DNA of 17,060 nucleotides from a virus (Duplodnaviria; Heunggongvirae; Uroviricota; Caudoviricetes): IMG/VR virus record IMGVR_UViG_3300048938_000061; one strand, 5' to 3'. Shown piece by piece: positions 16,071 to 17,060 of this stretch (position 1 is its first letter; each line of letters starts with the position of its first letter). The notes under the pieces were generated by a model. It saw only the letters and a program-made list of their open reading frames with translations, ran no database searches and was not told where the DNA came from. The position numbers and the translations under genes were made by a program.

Positions 16071-17060
16071 TCAATCAAGCGAAAACAGAAGATCATCCGT
16101 CACAACCTGCCAATAATGATCAGTTTCAAATTCAACCTTCGTCACCTGATCGTAGTTAGCTTGAAAGAAGACAGGACCTAGCCTAGAAAGCTTTACGTCG
16201 TCCTGATAAACAAGTTCCTCACCGCGCCATGCCTTCACGTGCAGAACTTCACCTTCGGCCTCGCGCCAAGCCGATGTAAAATTCCCACCTATAAAATCAA
16301 ACGGCTTGTCACGATAAACGGTCATAGGATGACCTGAACCGTTGTAAGCTATGAATTCCCCAGATGTCGTTCCGTTAATGTAACCCTCGCTTTTATAGAA
16401 ACGTTGATGAGCCACAACCCAATTCTGCCAATTCAAACCATAATACCCGTTGGGCATCTTCTTGATTCGAATTGATTTAATGACATCTTCAAAATCGATC
16501 TTGGTTACCTTTGATGGAATTTTACTCAGTTTACCGTTACCCTTGATAACCGGATAAGGGGAAAAATTAGCTGAAATGTTTGTACCGTCCTGAATAATAC
16601 CAACTAACGATGGTACTGGATTCGCAACCAGCCCCCCTGGAGAACCGACCTTATCAACGATTTCGATTTTCTGCTCGGCATTCCCTGTAGTTACTCGCCA
16701 CCCTTTTGGGGGAAGGACCTTGAATAAATATGTCCCTGGCAACTTTATTTGAGCGTATTCAACATTCGATGACGCCACGAAATTTGCAAACCCGTCGATA
16801 TTAGTGGGTACATAAATGACGTTACCATCTTCAGAGGTAAGCGAAACACGAATATCAGCTACTGGACGATCATTGAGTCCGTAATTAGCATCATTCTCGA
16901 TATCATTGAAAACAAATGACGAGATGTGAACGTCGCCTTCTCTAGAAATATTGAAATCACGAGAAGCGTAGAAACTTTCTGTAGTGTCGGGGGAGGATGC
17001 CAGAACAGGTGACACTATAATAGCAGCCACACCCCCTATAATAATAGACTTTATATTCAT
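16071..17060 (-). CDS. Exported protein with Cna-B/SdrD-B-like domain and C-terminal beta-rich domain, 329 aa
   Basis: Signal-peptide-like MNIKSIIIGGVAAIIVSPVLA; FVFND...RPVADIRVSLTSEDG..PGTY..P.GW (prealbumin-like); DFED..GY.GLNW..FDF..FTSAW domain. ATG sits at the window edge, so the start context is unseen. Confidence 0.65.
   Translation of the reverse strand: MNIKSIIIGGVAAIIVSPVLASSPDTTESFYASRDFNISREGDVHISSFVFNDIENDANYGLNDRPVADIRVSLTSEDGNVIYVPTNIDGFANFVASSNVEYAQIKLPGTYLFKVLPPKGWRVTTGNAEQKIEIVDKVGSPGGLVANPVPSLVGIIQDGTNISANFSPYPVIKGNGKLSKIPSKVTKIDFEDVIKSIRIKKMPNGYYGLNWQNWVVAHQRFYKSEGYINGTTSGEFIAYNGSGHPMTVYRDKPFDFIGGNFTSAWREAEGEVLHVKAWRGEELVYQDDVKLSRLGPVFFQANYDQVTKVEFETDHYWQVVTDDLLFSLD

Noticed and set aside
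921-16181. Many short antisense or out-of-frame ORFs (e.g. 921..1334, 2314..2508, 4649..4876, 5502..5744, 8851..9326, 11274..11738, 14035..14280, 14791..15096, 15894..16181)
   Set aside because: They overlap better-supported genes or cross terminators, lack an RBS and have no recognisable motifs.
1-17060. CRISPR array, IS/transposase, integrase, att sites, rRNA
   Set aside because: No regularly spaced direct repeats, terminal inverted repeats, recombinase motifs or rRNA signatures were seen.

Overview
A gene-dense (about 24 CDSs), both-strand mosaic of mostly monocistronic small genes separated by AT-rich spacers and long hairpins. Recognisable products: an HNH-RNA ligase fusion, an HD-Pnk end-healing enzyme, a calcineurin-like phosphoesterase with altered metal ligands, one clear and two probable ADP-ribosyltransferase-fold proteins, an M50 site-2 protease, thymidine kinase, a SAM-methyltransferase-like protein, a DUF7007-type protein, an exported Cna-B/SdrD-B-like protein, and an edge-truncated HhH-glycosylase-like gene that is absent from the ORF track. 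No rRNA, tRNA, CRISPR array, transposase, integrase, replication, capsid or conjugation gene is visible. The content suggests the accessory region of a large alphaproteobacterial mobile element (megaplasmid/ICE or jumbo phage-like); this is inference. Most notable: 11 of 23 complete proteins carry Pro in their last three residues, often after an acidic linker, which may be a shared export or targeting signal; and a dispersed RNA/DNA end-repair kit co-occurs with several ADP-ribosyltransferases. All family calls are from motif recognition by eye; no database search was run.
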